Source: Acaryochloridaceae cyanobacterium VAR_48_metabat_390 (lineage in GTDB: Bacteria; Cyanobacteriota; Cyanobacteriia; Thermosynechococcales; Thermosynechococcaceae). Taken from it: 64,000 nucleotides of DNA. The DNA lies in the NCBI GenBank assembly GCA_031422435.1, contig JANPLU010000128.1, forward strand, positions 81,431 to 145,430. Direction: 5' to 3'. The notes under the pieces were generated by a model. That model saw nothing but the letters and a program-made list of their open reading frames with translations. It had not been told where the DNA came from and ran no database searches. Shown here piece after piece: positions 38,958 to 49,082 of this stretch (position 1 is the first letter of the stretch; the number at the start of each line of letters is the position of its first letter). Position numbers and translations under genes: made by a program.

Positions 38958-40679
38958 CTAAATTCCAAAAAGATTGTGAATCCGCTGCCGAATCCACCAT
39001 AACGGAGGCTCTGCTTCATTTTGCGATAATTCGGGGGCAAGTACGCCCAGTTCTCTCAGGACTTGCTGACGTTGCGCTAAGGTTTCTGCAATTTCTTGGG
39101 CAAGTTCTTGATGGTCTTGGAGCAACATTTTAAGGGCGCGGTGGTCTACCACAAATAGGGTTACGTCTTCTAGTGCCTGAACCGTTGTGGAGCGGGGCAT
39201 TCCGGTAAATAGTGAGATTTCGCCAAAAAATTCGCCGGATTCAATGACCGCAATTTCTTGACCCAGTTTTTCAGAAATCACCTCAACGCGACCTTTCAGC
39301 AGAATGTAGAAACATTCGCCAGTGTCGCCTTCTTTACAAATAATTTGGCCTTTACGAAAAGAACGGCGGTAGCCCTGCTCAATTAGCACTCTAAGCTGCG
39401 CGTCACTGCACCCTTTGAAGTAGCTGACCTGCTTGAGCAGCACCCGCAAAGACTTTAGCGCTTGGTAGCTAGAGCGTTCTGGCGGCGGACTCTCGGTGAC
39501 GGTAGCAGAAGCAGCCGCTGGGGAATGACTGTGCCCGATGTGTTCAGGCCAGTGGGCGGCTGTGGCAGGCTCTCGCAGCCGTAGCTCACGCTGAGGGAAC
39601 GGAATTTCAATATTGCGGTGTCGCAGCTCTTGCTCAATGAGAAAATTTAGAGCGCTTTTGATGGGTTCAAAATTTTGGGGCTGGTTAATCCAAACTAGCA
39701 GCTCAAATTCGTAGGCGCTTTCTCCAAATGCCTTAAACCACACCACAGGGGGCGGGTCGTGCAAAACGCGGGGTTCCATCCGAGCGCAGGAAACGAGGGT
39801 TTCGGTGACAAGCACTGTATCGGTGCCAAAGGCAATGGTAATGGGGATATGTACGCGGGTTGCGGGTTCTTGGTAGCTCCAGTTGATCACGTTTTTTTGC
39901 GAAAACAGGTGGTTGGGGATGATCACAAAGCGGCGATCGGTGGTTCGTAGAATGGTGGATCGAATTGAAATACGCTCAATAGTGCCTGTGATGCCGTCAA
40001 TCTCTACAAAGTCGCCCACGCGGATTTGCTGCTCAAACAGCAGAGTCAGGCCGCTCACAAAGTTCCCCGCCAGTTCCTGTAGACCCAGCCCAAAACCTAA
40101 GCCGACCACGCCTGCTAAAACGGTCAAAGAGCTAAGGTCTAGACCGATGGTTTGCAGCAAGATGATGATGCCGAGAATGGCGATCGCATAGGTAATCAGG
40201 GTCGAGATCGCCTCCTGCATTCCGCGATCCATCCGTGATTGACCCAGCACCCAGGTCTTAATGGACTGGCTGAGCAATCGCGCCCCGATAAAAATGGCGA
40301 TCGCCACCACAATTGCCGTCACAATCGTACTGAGAGACAGGCGAGTTTTACCCAGGTCAATGATTGGCCCTGTGAGCCAGTTGCCAAGCTGTGACGAGAA
40401 ACCTGACATGCCAAGGTTAAGCGTTTTGGCAAGGGGCTGCAAAAACTGGACTTGGGTGAGTATGGCGGCAACTGCCACCAGCCACAGCCCCGCGCGCAGT
40501 AGCAAAAGCAGCATCACCCCACCTAGCTCTGTCCAAAGGCGTTCTGAGGGGCGCAGATATCGCTCAGCCCAATGCCTAAAGCGTCGCAGTAAAGTGCCGA
40601 AAAGACGGTGCCCCCAGAGGGTCAAGCCCAAAATGACCAGCAGGCAGACGATTTGAAAAATGAATGGGCCTTGAATCAT
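38958..40679 (-). CDS. MscS-family mechanosensitive channel with C-terminal cyclic-nucleotide-binding domain
   Basis: GLGFGLQELAGNFVSG, IRVGDFVE and IEIPFPQR, then FFGEISLFTGMPRSTTV; ATG 40679 preferred. Confidence 0.92.
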   Translation of the reverse strand: MIQGPFIFQIVCLLVILGLTLWGHRLFGTLLRRFRHWAERYLRPSERLWTELGGVMLLLLLRAGLWLVAVAAILTQVQFLQPLAKTLNLGMSGFSSQLGNWLTGPIIDLGKTRLSLSTIVTAIVVAIAIFIGARLLSQSIKTWVLGQSRMDRGMQEAISTLITYAIAILGIIILLQTIGLDLSSLTVLAGVVGLGFGLGLQELAGNFVSGLTLLFEQQIRVGDFVEIDGITGTIERISIRSTILRTTDRRFVIIPNHLFSQKNVINWSYQEPATRVHIPITIAFGTDTVLVTETLVSCARMEPRVLHDPPPVVWFKAFGESAYEFELLVWINQPQNFEPIKSALNFLIEQELRHRNIEIPFPQRELRLREPATAAHWPEHIGHSHSPAAASATVTESPPPERSSYQALKSLRVLLKQVSYFKGCSDAQLRVLIEQGYRRSFRKGQIICKEGDTGECFYILLKGRVEVISEKLGQEIAVIESGEFFGEISLFTGMPRSTTVQALEDVTLFVVDHRALKMLLQDHQELAQEIAETLAQRQQVLRELGVLAPELSQNEAEPPLWWIRQRIHNLFGI

Positions 40680-40711
40680 GAATGCTGGCTTCTCGTCAAC
40701 TGTTTCCAACC

Positions 40712-41146
40712 TTAGGGCAGGTACTGTTGAACCACAATCCATCCCGTCCAAAGTACGCCCAAAAATGCTGCGCCGAGTAAAACATTAAGCGCAATATGAA
40801 GCGGTCTAGCCCAAGTGTGTCCTTTCTGAATCTGGAGTGCAGCCCCCGCAGAGAGTAGCGTAATGCTGACCACAATGCCGCCAAAAATACCGTGATTGGA
40901 GTGCCCTAGGCTGCCATATTGCCCCAAGGTGCCCACAATGCCGATGGCTAACAGCCCTAGCACTAGCATGACTAAGGTTAGCCCTAAGGCAATATGAAGG
41001 GTGCGCCATGCTGCACGAGGCAGTTGAGCTTTTCGGGTATGCGCCATGCCTACACCCGTTATGGCTAAGATGCTGTAGGTCAGCAGTGACAGACCCATTG
41101 ACCAAGCTGCAATTTTCCAAAGCCACAGAAACGAAGGAAGATCCAT
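40712..41146 (-). CDS. DUF4079 family membrane protein
   Basis: MDLPSFLWLWKIAAWSMGLS; His-containing TM helices. Confidence 0.8.
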   Translation of the reverse strand: MDLPSFLWLWKIAAWSMGLSLLTYSILAITGVGMAHTRKAQLPRAAWRTLHIALGLTLVMLVLGLLAIGIVGTLGQYGSLGHSNHGIFGGIVVSITLLSAGAALQIQKGHTWARPLHIALNVLLGAAFLGVLWTGWIVVQQYLP

Positions 41147-41546
41147 ATCTTAAAGTTTTGAGGAGAATGCTTCTGGTCTTAATTTAATCTGTGTAGTCGG
41201 TTTCTCCAGACTATTTCATCCAGATCAGGAGCGGGTTTGCCAGAAAGAAACGGCACTTATGAGGACGATAGATAGGGTAAGCCCTTCGAGGCTCAGCGTG
41301 AGCGGCTTGATCTTGAACAGCTTAGATAGGCGCAGGTTCAATCGCGGAGTGGTGCAGAAAACTTTTTAAGCTTCGACTTCAGTCGTTATTTGACTCTAAA
41401 CCCTATATCTTACGTTAACCATCAGTCAAATTCTCAATAAGTGCAATCTCATGAGAACCCTGCTTCTATATAGGCTTCATGAGTTTTCTGCATTTACACA
41501 GTCCAGAAGCGCTTTCTGGACTGTGTAAATGCTTAGTCTTCTTAAA

Positions 41547-41619
41547 AGCTGGTGACAAGACTCGAACTTGCGACCGGCTGATTACAAATCAGCTGCTCTA
41601 CCAACTGAGCTACACCAGC
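41547..41619 (-). tRNA. tRNA-Thr (UGU)
   Basis: GCTGGTGTAGCTCAGTTGGTAGAGCAGCTGATTTGTAATCAGCCGGTCGCAAGTTCGAGTCTTGTCACCAGCT; 73-nt cloverleaf, no encoded CCA; TATAAT at 41632-41637 upstream. Confidence 0.97.
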
Positions 41620-41696
41620 AAATCAGACTCAATTATACACAAGGGTTTGAGTAAAATAAAGCTCAAAAATCTAATTACACAGCTTTTTATAGAAGG

Positions 41697-42110
41697 CTAA
41701 CGCCATTTTATGAGCCAATCAAGCACCTGCTGTGGTAGGGGCTGGCGCTCACGATTCAATGGATTAATGCAGGCATGACGAGTCAAAGCCTTGCTGGTCA
41801 GCTGATCGCGATTGCCCTCCCCATAAATCTCATACCGAATCTCAAACCCATTTCCAGATATAGACGCTGGAGTCAGCACAATCTCGTGGCGATCGCCACA
41901 AAACGCCGGCTGGCGATAATCTACCTCAGCATGGACGATAGGTAAGGCGATCGCGCTACTACTACTGAAAAACTGGCGCACCTCAATGCCTGCGGCAATT
42001 AGAGATTCTTCATAGGCTTCATGGCACATTGCTAAAGTGTTCGCAAAGTACACGACCCCTGCGGCATCCGTCTCTTGGAATCGGACGGTGCGTTGATAAA
42101 CAAAAGGCAT
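41697..42110 (-). CDS. hotdog-fold thioesterase, probable 1,4-dihydroxy-2-naphthoyl-CoA hydrolase
   Basis: RTVRFQETDAAGVVYFAN..MCHEAYE. Confidence 0.85.
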   Translation of the reverse strand: MPFVYQRTVRFQETDAAGVVYFANTLAMCHEAYEESLIAAGIEVRQFFSSSSAIALPIVHAEVDYRQPAFCGDRHEIVLTPASISGNGFEIRYEIYGEGNRDQLTSKALTRHACINPLNRERQPLPQQVLDWLIKWR

Positions 42111-42215
42111 ATTGACTTTATGTGAACAGTTTGTTAAGTTTGGTTACATAAATTAATAAAAAAGATCTTCGCCCGCTCCTGCAAGGAACGCTCTCGATAT
42201 CTGTCTTATACCCTA

Positions 42216-43169
42216 CTACTCTCCTAGTGGGGTTGTTTTTTGGAGTGGTGATGGCACAATCGGCTCGACATGATGGAAATAGGTGCGGTCAAAATAGCGA
42301 TCGCCATTGGGTTCCATCCGCACCACGTCAATAAAGCGGTGGTCAAACAGAATCTTTTCTGCGCCGTAAGCATAACGAGTGGTTACGGTGTAGGCGACAG
42401 TTTCATCTAAGCCACTCAGAGACACGATCATCTGCACATGGTCACGGACTAAATCTTCAGCCGTGCAGCCATAAAGGGGGTGACTAGACGTAATGGGTGA
42501 GTAAGCCGTCCAAGAGATCGAGAAGCCGGGACTGCGATCGCGCAGGAGGTCGAGGATATGAATGCGATACATATGCTCTCCTTCTGCTGTCATTTCATTG
42601 CGAAACAGATAGACCCGTAGCTGCGCCTCTAGAATTTGGTTACGGCGCTGGTTTGCCATGCGAAACATGAGCGTTGGCACGCCATTCATGGGCGAAATGA
42701 CGGCATACTGACTAAACATAATGCGCGCCGAGGGTTTAGAGAACCGCGCAAATGAAAGCCCTGTGACTACGGCAATGACCAATAGGCTCGTGATTGCCTC
42801 AAGGGTGACAATCACATTGGCATAGGGTGTCTTAGGCGAGATTACGCCGTAGCCGATTGAGCCAAGGGTCTGGACACTAAAAAAGAATGCATCTTCAAAA
42901 GAGCCAGGGCGAGCGCCCGTGAGACAGTCGCCACCCGATAGGTAAAGCACTGCAAATACGGCATTAAGCGCCAGGTACGCCACCGAAATGATGACAATAA
43001 AGCTCCACCAAGGCACCGTTAACATTAGGTGATAGGGATCTCGCCAGTGAGCGTACCAAGTGTCTAGTCCTTCGACCTGAAACTTACCGTCCTCCTGTCG
43101 CGCAATCCGAACGGGAAGCTGACTCCGACCAGAAAGCTGTTTTGCTTTTTGCTTCAGCCGAGATCTCAT
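42216..43169 (-). CDS. inward-rectifier potassium channel (KirBac)
   Basis: AFFFSVQTLGSIGYG filter, FARFSKP and PTLMFRMANQR. Confidence 0.93.
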   Translation of the reverse strand: MRSRLKQKAKQLSGRSQLPVRIARQEDGKFQVEGLDTWYAHWRDPYHLMLTVPWWSFIVIISVAYLALNAVFAVLYLSGGDCLTGARPGSFEDAFFFSVQTLGSIGYGVISPKTPYANVIVTLEAITSLLVIAVVTGLSFARFSKPSARIMFSQYAVISPMNGVPTLMFRMANQRRNQILEAQLRVYLFRNEMTAEGEHMYRIHILDLLRDRSPGFSISWTAYSPITSSHPLYGCTAEDLVRDHVQMIVSLSGLDETVAYTVTTRYAYGAEKILFDHRFIDVVRMEPNGDRYFDRTYFHHVEPIVPSPLQKTTPLGE

Positions 43170-43199
43170 GGGTTTTGACCACGCAAGAATGCCGCTAGT

Positions 43200-45452
43200 T
43201 TACCCTATTGCTAAAGGACGAATCTGCTTGCGCTTTAGCAAACGAAAACGCTGCTGAAGATACTGGATATCGGGGATGCTTTTGCCATAGCGCCAAGCGA
43301 TATAAGCCTCAGAGAGTTCGGCAACCAATTCGGCTTTGTCGGCAGGGTAGGTTAAGCGCACCTGCTGCACATACTCTAACGGCGTTTCTGTCGGGTGCTT
43401 TTGTAGACCCTGTACTGCTAAGAACCGCAGCATCTGCTGGTACAGACGAGCCATGGGTGGCAGTTTCCGCAGTTGATAGAAGCCCTGAACCGCACGTCCT
43501 AAATGCCATAGACCCCATGCTCCGATGCCAAAGCCAAAGCTCAGCAAACAGAGTTTAATGATGCCCAGCCATCCCTCAGAAAACAGTCCCAGCAGTTTAC
43601 CCATGACTTTGCCTAGGAAGGCGATTGCCCCACTAATCCACGCCGCCACGGGTGAGGGGAGCCATCCCGCCACCCAGTTCCAAAATTGACGCAGCACAGA
43701 AAAGGTCTGGTCTACTTCCACCGAAGGCGGGTACAGATCGTGGCCTGGAATGGCATCAAAGGCAAACCAGCCGTGACCTGGAAAGTAGACTTCGCTGAGG
43801 GCATAAGCATCGGTGTTTTTAACCACGTATAGCCCCGTAAAGGCGTTAAATTCTCCTGGGGCAAAACCTGTGGCTAATCGCGCCGGAATGCCAATGGAGC
43901 GCAGCATGACGGTGAGCGCCGAGGCGAAATGGTCGGGGTAGCCCCCCTCCCAGTCGGTCAGAAAGGCGGTCACTAAGTCTTGATTAGCCCCAAGGGTAGG
44001 TAAATTCGCCTGAAGGGTGTACCGCTGCTTGAGTGCTTGGGTAAGATAGAGCGCCTTTTCGTAGGGGGTTGGGAGCGATCGCCCAGATTTGGCTAAGATC
44101 TGCTGGGTGACTTGTTTCACTTGAGGGGCGATCGCCGCTGGAATCTGTAGGTAATTCGCTTGAATAGACTTGGGATATTTCGTGCGGGTACGGTTGAGAC
44201 TGCTGCGGTCGCGGTACGGCACATCCGACACCACAGAATAGGTTAAGCCTTCTTCGAGAGGCCCTGGCGATCGCATACCGCCTTCTGCATCCACCGCAAT
44301 TTCTTGGGTCGGGAAATAAACTTCACGGGCTTGGGACAGGGACGGCAGCAGGTTGGGGAATTCAGCCAAAATCGAAAAGGTCTGCACCACTTCTTTGGTC
44401 TGCGATTGAGGATGCTGAGAAGGCAACACAAATCGGTAAGACCACGGTGAGCGACGCACGATGTTGGCATCTTTGTTGCGGGAGACTTTCCAGCCTTGAC
44501 CTGTATAGCGATCAAAGGCCATCACGCGCCAAAAGCCTTCAGATTGTGAGCGCACCCGCATCACAACTTCTGGCTTTAGGCTACCCCGCAGATTTTGGTT
44601 CATTTCTTCATTGAAGCCAGCGTAAAATTTGGCGCTAAAGCCTTGGCCTTCACCAGAACTCATGGTGTCGCCACCTGCGGCTCCCGCCTTGCCCCCTTTG
44701 CCTGTTCTGACATAGCCCGGATTGAAAACTTGAGCGGGGTCAAATTTCCCCTTGGGCATCGCCACTTCACCACTGACGGGCAGGGTGCGGAACTGATACC
44801 CTGGCAGGCGCGGTGTAATGGCAAAAATCAGTAGCCCTAAGCCTAAAATTGCCCCAAACAGCAGCGCAAGGCGACGGGGCGGCAGTACCGCAAACTGCTG
44901 AAAACGAACGGTGCCCAGACCCAGATGAGAGCGATAGTCAAGGAGGAGAACGGGGAGGGCGATCGCCACAAACAGTACCAAAAATCCACCAAAGGCCATG
45001 GTTTCACTGATGGTGGCTGCCACGCCAATTAAAATCAGCCCAATGACAACGGAGTAGCCTAAATCTTTGCGGCGCGGGAGGTCAAAGGTATGTAAAACCT
45101 GAAGCTGAATCAGCAAATCTGCCAACAGCAGCCGTGAGTCACCTGCGTTGCCCAACAGACGCGATAGCATGACGCCTAGCATCACCAGCATCCCAATCGC
45201 AATGCCAAACTTTGCCACTATATTCCGACGGCGGCGACTATACCAGCTCCAGGTTGCCCCTACAATACTCAGGGGAATTGCCCAGAGGCTATTCATGTTA
45301 GAGGCCGCAACGTCAGTCGCCGCAACCCCTACGCTCACGAGTGCCTGCACTGCAACTCTCAACCATAGGGAATCTTCAATCGCAGGGGAGGGCGATCGCG
45401 GTTTTGCACCCAGAGATTGCATCGCTTTGCGCTGGAGAGAAAAAGCCTTCAT
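43200..45452 (-). CDS. DUF3488/TgpA transglutaminase-like membrane protein with DUF4129 tail
   Basis: Multi-TM N-terminus, WRVMAFDRYTGQGW, MLRSIGIPARLATGF and ETPLEY. Confidence 0.9.
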   Translation of the reverse strand: MKAFSLQRKAMQSLGAKPRSPSPAIEDSLWLRVAVQALVSVGVAATDVAASNMNSLWAIPLSIVGATWSWYSRRRRNIVAKFGIAIGMLVMLGVMLSRLLGNAGDSRLLLADLLIQLQVLHTFDLPRRKDLGYSVVIGLILIGVAATISETMAFGGFLVLFVAIALPVLLLDYRSHLGLGTVRFQQFAVLPPRRLALLFGAILGLGLLIFAITPRLPGYQFRTLPVSGEVAMPKGKFDPAQVFNPGYVRTGKGGKAGAAGGDTMSSGEGQGFSAKFYAGFNEEMNQNLRGSLKPEVVMRVRSQSEGFWRVMAFDRYTGQGWKVSRNKDANIVRRSPWSYRFVLPSQHPQSQTKEVVQTFSILAEFPNLLPSLSQAREVYFPTQEIAVDAEGGMRSPGPLEEGLTYSVVSDVPYRDRSSLNRTRTKYPKSIQANYLQIPAAIAPQVKQVTQQILAKSGRSLPTPYEKALYLTQALKQRYTLQANLPTLGANQDLVTAFLTDWEGGYPDHFASALTVMLRSIGIPARLATGFAPGEFNAFTGLYVVKNTDAYALSEVYFPGHGWFAFDAIPGHDLYPPSVEVDQTFSVLRQFWNWVAGWLPSPVAAWISGAIAFLGKVMGKLLGLFSEGWLGIIKLCLLSFGFGIGAWGLWHLGRAVQGFYQLRKLPPMARLYQQMLRFLAVQGLQKHPTETPLEYVQQVRLTYPADKAELVAELSEAYIAWRYGKSIPDIQYLQQRFRLLKRKQIRPLAIG

Positions 45453-45634
45453 GGGTAACGAAATCTTTTGCTCTAAGGGTTTGCCTTTAGTTTACCCGCC
45501 GCAATCCAAACATCTACCAGAATCCGATTGATACTATCCCAATGCGTTGACGGCTCGGTGCAAGTACATGTTGCTGCTCTTTTAGCTGGGAATTGAGCGG
45601 AGGTTAGAAGAGACATTAATAACAGAGGTGAGTC

Positions 45635-45675
45635 AGAGTTTTGTGGAGTATTTGCAAAATACTCCACAAAACTCT
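45635..45675. terminator. perfect 19-bp-arm hairpin downstream of the GT2 gene
   Basis: AGAGTTTTGTGGAGTATTT-gca-AAATACTCCACAAAACTCT. Confidence 0.7.
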
Positions 45676-45711
45676 AATTCTGGTGGCTATCCATAAATTT
45701 GAGTGATGAAT

Positions 45712-46665
45712 TTATCTTGAATTCAGCGCAACGTTTGATTCGTCTTTCCAGTAAAAAGAATGCATGCTCAGCTTTTTTCGGAGCCAGTTTGGGATGAGAC
45801 GATATTGTTTACCCAGTAGATAGCCTAGAAAGCTAAAACCTAGACTTAAGATAAACTTAGAAATTAGGACGTATTCTTTCTGTTCCATTAGCTTTGACAA
45901 AATGCTGCGAGCGTAGGAAGAACCTTGGTTAACATCACCCTTTGATTCAGAAGTTGTAGCCAGCTGTAAAGCTGTAGAGCGATATACGCCTGTATCAAAG
46001 TAGCGTTTAAATTGCTCTGTGAAAGTGTAGTCATGGGAGTGATAAACTTCAGATTCTGAGGCGTAAAAAACTTTATAGCCTTTTGAAATTGCTTTTTGGG
46101 CAAAAATAGCATCTTCTCCCATAATCTCTTTTTCAGGGAATGCTCCTAGTTCTCGGAATATTGACATGCGGTATGCGGCACAGGAGTTGGATAGAAAGTA
46201 TGCGCGGGAGCCAAGTTCTGATAGTGTTTCTTGAGACTGAATAATACTGTGGTTAGGATATTTGATTAACCGATCAAGTTGTTCTAGAAGTTGAGCTTCT
46301 TTTCTCGGAAGTTGTTTAGCGTAGGTTGCTGCAACTAGAGGATCTTTTTGAAAAGGCTCTATTAATCTGGTTAAAAAGTCAGGGTTTGCTGGTAATGCAT
46401 CTTGGGTCATAAAGACGACAAAGTCTGTGTCACAAAGCTGAAGACTTAGGTTGCGAGTTTTTCCATGATTAAACTCACTGCGCTGAATACTATGGACTCG
46501 AATGCCATACTGACGTGCAATATCAACGGTCTTATCGGTAGACGCGGAGTCAACAATAAGAACTTGAGATGAATTCAAAACTTGAGTTAGAATTTCTAGC
46601 GTTAATCTTAGGTATTTTTCAGCATTAAGAGTAGGAATTAAAACTGAAACATTAAGCTCGCTCAT
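45712..46665 (-). CDS. glycosyltransferase family 2, rhamnosyltransferase-like
   Basis: IPTLNA, VDSASTD, FNHGKTRN, TQDALP and VYHSHDY...RYFDTG; AT-rich. Confidence 0.88.
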   Translation of the reverse strand: MSELNVSVLIPTLNAEKYLRLTLEILTQVLNSSQVLIVDSASTDKTVDIARQYGIRVHSIQRSEFNHGKTRNLSLQLCDTDFVVFMTQDALPANPDFLTRLIEPFQKDPLVAATYAKQLPRKEAQLLEQLDRLIKYPNHSIIQSQETLSELGSRAYFLSNSCAAYRMSIFRELGAFPEKEIMGEDAIFAQKAISKGYKVFYASESEVYHSHDYTFTEQFKRYFDTGVYRSTALQLATTSESKGDVNQGSSYARSILSKLMEQKEYVLISKFILSLGFSFLGYLLGKQYRLIPNWLRKKLSMHSFYWKDESNVALNSR

Positions 46666-47009
46666 AGTTATTATATTAAGACTGCCGATAAAGTTTTGTT
46701 AGTTATGAAAAATTCTAAAACTTTTGATGTAATAAATCTAAAGATCTTACTAAATTAGATAGAATAACTAATTTAGTAATAGCATAAAAAATATATCATG
46801 ATTACAACCATATGATTATGATTTCAGAAAGAGCAACATGAGTGAAATTAAAATAACTAAAACTTCAAGGTTGAGCACTACGGGGGCGTCTCAATTTTGG
46901 GACAAGTAACTAACTATACTCATGCACTGTATTGATGCTGAAAGATTATATCGAAATAGCCATTGGGATAAGCACAACGATGCCTGACCAACTTCGCCAT
47001 AAAGTCCCG

Positions 47010-47921
47010 CTATAGCAGAATTTTAAACACCCAGTCTTGATACTTAGGCTCACGATTTTCGGTGATCGCCGTAATTTTTTCTTTGAGCTGATGGGTAATC
47101 GGCTTTTCTAGAGGCAGATGATAACTCTCAACCTGCTTAATGGGCGTAATCTTAGCCGCCGTTCCGCTCAAAAATGCCTCATCTGCAATCAGCAGCTCAG
47201 TTTTATCAACGGGGCGCTCCACTACCTCATAGCCCAAATCCCGCGCTACCTGAATGATGCTGTCACGGGTGATGCCTTCTAAAACATCCTGGTCTACGCC
47301 AGGGGTAAAAATGCGTCCATTGCGCACTACAAAAATATTCATGCCAGAGGCTTCGCTAATTTTGCCCTGGGTGTTGAGCAAAATGGACTCATCAAATCCA
47401 GAGGCGATCGCCTCGGTTTTAGCCAATGAAGAGGTAATATACGCCCCGCTAATTTTGCCGCGCAAAGGTAGACTGCGATCTTCTTGGCGATACCAAGAGC
47501 TAAAGCGACAGCGCACACCATCGGCAGCGAGATAATCACCTAGTTCAAGGCCGTAGATAAAAAAGTCCTTTTCAATATCGTGGAGGCGGGGCGTAATGCC
47601 GAGGTCAGAGGTATAGACAAAGGGGCGGATGTAAAAAGGCTCTTGGGGTTGGTTTTTCTGGACAAATTCAGTAATCGCGGTCTGAATTTGTGCAGCAGAC
47701 AAATCAAACTGCAAAAACTTGGCGCTTTGGGCTAGGCGTTGACAGTGGCGATCAAGCCGAAACAGCAAAATCTGACCTGGATTTTGCGGATCTGGGATAC
47801 CCCGCATCCCGCCAAAGGCTCCAGTGCCGTAGTGGAGCGCGTGGGTTGCAATTGAAAGTTTGGCATTCTCAAACGGAATGAACTGATTCTCAAAATAGGC
47901 GATGGGTAAAAAGTTGTACAT
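47010..47921 (-). CDS. ilvE: branched-chain amino acid aminotransferase
   Basis: HALHYGTGAF, GKISGAY, EASGMNIF and LEGITR; ATG 47921 preferred. Confidence 0.93.
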   Translation of the reverse strand: MYNFLPIAYFENQFIPFENAKLSIATHALHYGTGAFGGMRGIPDPQNPGQILLFRLDRHCQRLAQSAKFLQFDLSAAQIQTAITEFVQKNQPQEPFYIRPFVYTSDLGITPRLHDIEKDFFIYGLELGDYLAADGVRCRFSSWYRQEDRSLPLRGKISGAYITSSLAKTEAIASGFDESILLNTQGKISEASGMNIFVVRNGRIFTPGVDQDVLEGITRDSIIQVARDLGYEVVERPVDKTELLIADEAFLSGTAAKITPIKQVESYHLPLEKPITHQLKEKITAITENREPKYQDWVFKILL

Positions 47922-48056
47922 GAGCGACTCAATGGACTGCAACGGAAGGCTCCTTACTTCAGACTATGGGAGCAGACGCCGCATGGCAAGCTAGATCTAG
48001 TACGGTACGCGCTATCGTTGTACTAGCCTATTGGGGCTTTACCTGCCAATATTTGA

Positions 48057-49070
48057 TTGAGAGCCGTGCGTCAGCCTACACATACCTATTCTTTTGTCAT
48101 TCCGCTCTACAACGAAGAAGACACCCTTCCCGAACTCTATCGTCAGCTCACGGCGCTCTTCGATACGCTAGATGGTGAGAGTGAGCTGATTTTGATTGAT
48201 GATGGCAGCTGCGATCGCTCGTTGAGTATGCTGCGATCGCTCCAAGCCCAAGATGCCAGAGTTCGCTACCTGAGCCTGGGTCGCAACTTTGGGCATCAAA
48301 TTGCGCTGTCTGCGGGGCTACAGTTTGCAACGGGTAAAGCCGTCATTGTTATGGATGCAGACTTGCAAGATCCGCCCGAAATTGTGTCTCAACTGATTGA
48401 ACAATGGCACGCAGGTTATGAAGTCGTGTATGGGCAAAGGCTCAGCCGCACCCAAGAAAGCTGGCTCAAACGGTTAACGGCCTACGGATTTTATAGATTG
48501 CTCAAGCGCCTATCAGACGTAGAGATTCCGGCGGATACAGGCGACTTTTGCCTGATGGATCAGGCCGTTGTCAGTCTCCTCAACCAAATGCCAGAGCGCA
48601 ACCGCTATATCCGAGGGCTACGCGCTTGGGTAGGGTTCCGTCAAACCGCCGTTCAGTTTCACCGTCCTGGGCGCTATGCTGGCTCGGTTAAATATACCTT
48701 TCGCAAATCTCTGGCTTTAGCGATTAACAGCATTTTAGGCTTTTCTAAAGTTCCGCTGCGGCTGGCAACCTACCTGGGGCTATTCTCAGCAGGGTTTGCA
48801 GGCTTGATGATGGTGTTGACCATTTACTGGCGCTTTTTTGATACTTCTTCCCATCGCTTACAGGGATACGCGTTTATTACAATGGCGGTGTTCTTTTTAG
48901 GCGCTGTGCAGCTCATCTGCATCGGCATTTTAGGGGAATATATTGGGCGGATTTACGAAGAAGTTAAGGGCCGCCCACTCTTCACTATCAAAGAATTGGG
49001 TGGATTGACTCCACAGGTGACATCCCAGGCAAAAACGACCGTCGTCTTTGGCGCTAAAGGTCACTTTTAA
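48057..49070 (+). CDS. GT2 polyprenyl-phosphate glycosyltransferase (GtrB/DPM1-like)
   Basis: [22 protein letters not shown] and [18 protein letters not shown]. Confidence 0.92.
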   Translation: MRAVRQPTHTYSFVIPLYNEEDTLPELYRQLTALFDTLDGESELILIDDGSCDRSLSMLRSLQAQDARVRYLSLGRNFGHQIALSAGLQFATGKAVIVMDADLQDPPEIVSQLIEQWHAGYEVVYGQRLSRTQESWLKRLTAYGFYRLLKRLSDVEIPADTGDFCLMDQAVVSLLNQMPERNRYIRGLRAWVGFRQTAVQFHRPGRYAGSVKYTFRKSLALAINSILGFSKVPLRLATYLGLFSAGFAGLMMVLTIYWRFFDTSSHRLQGYAFITMAVFFLGAVQLICIGILGEYIGRIYEEVKGRPLFTIKELGGLTPQVTSQAKTTVVFGAKGHF

Positions 49071-49082
49071 CCAAGTGAGTTT

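Noticed and set aside
41147..41546. Possible integrated element at the tRNA-Thr 3' end
   Set aside because: No integrase and no duplicated tRNA end seen; only about 400 bp of non-coding DNA
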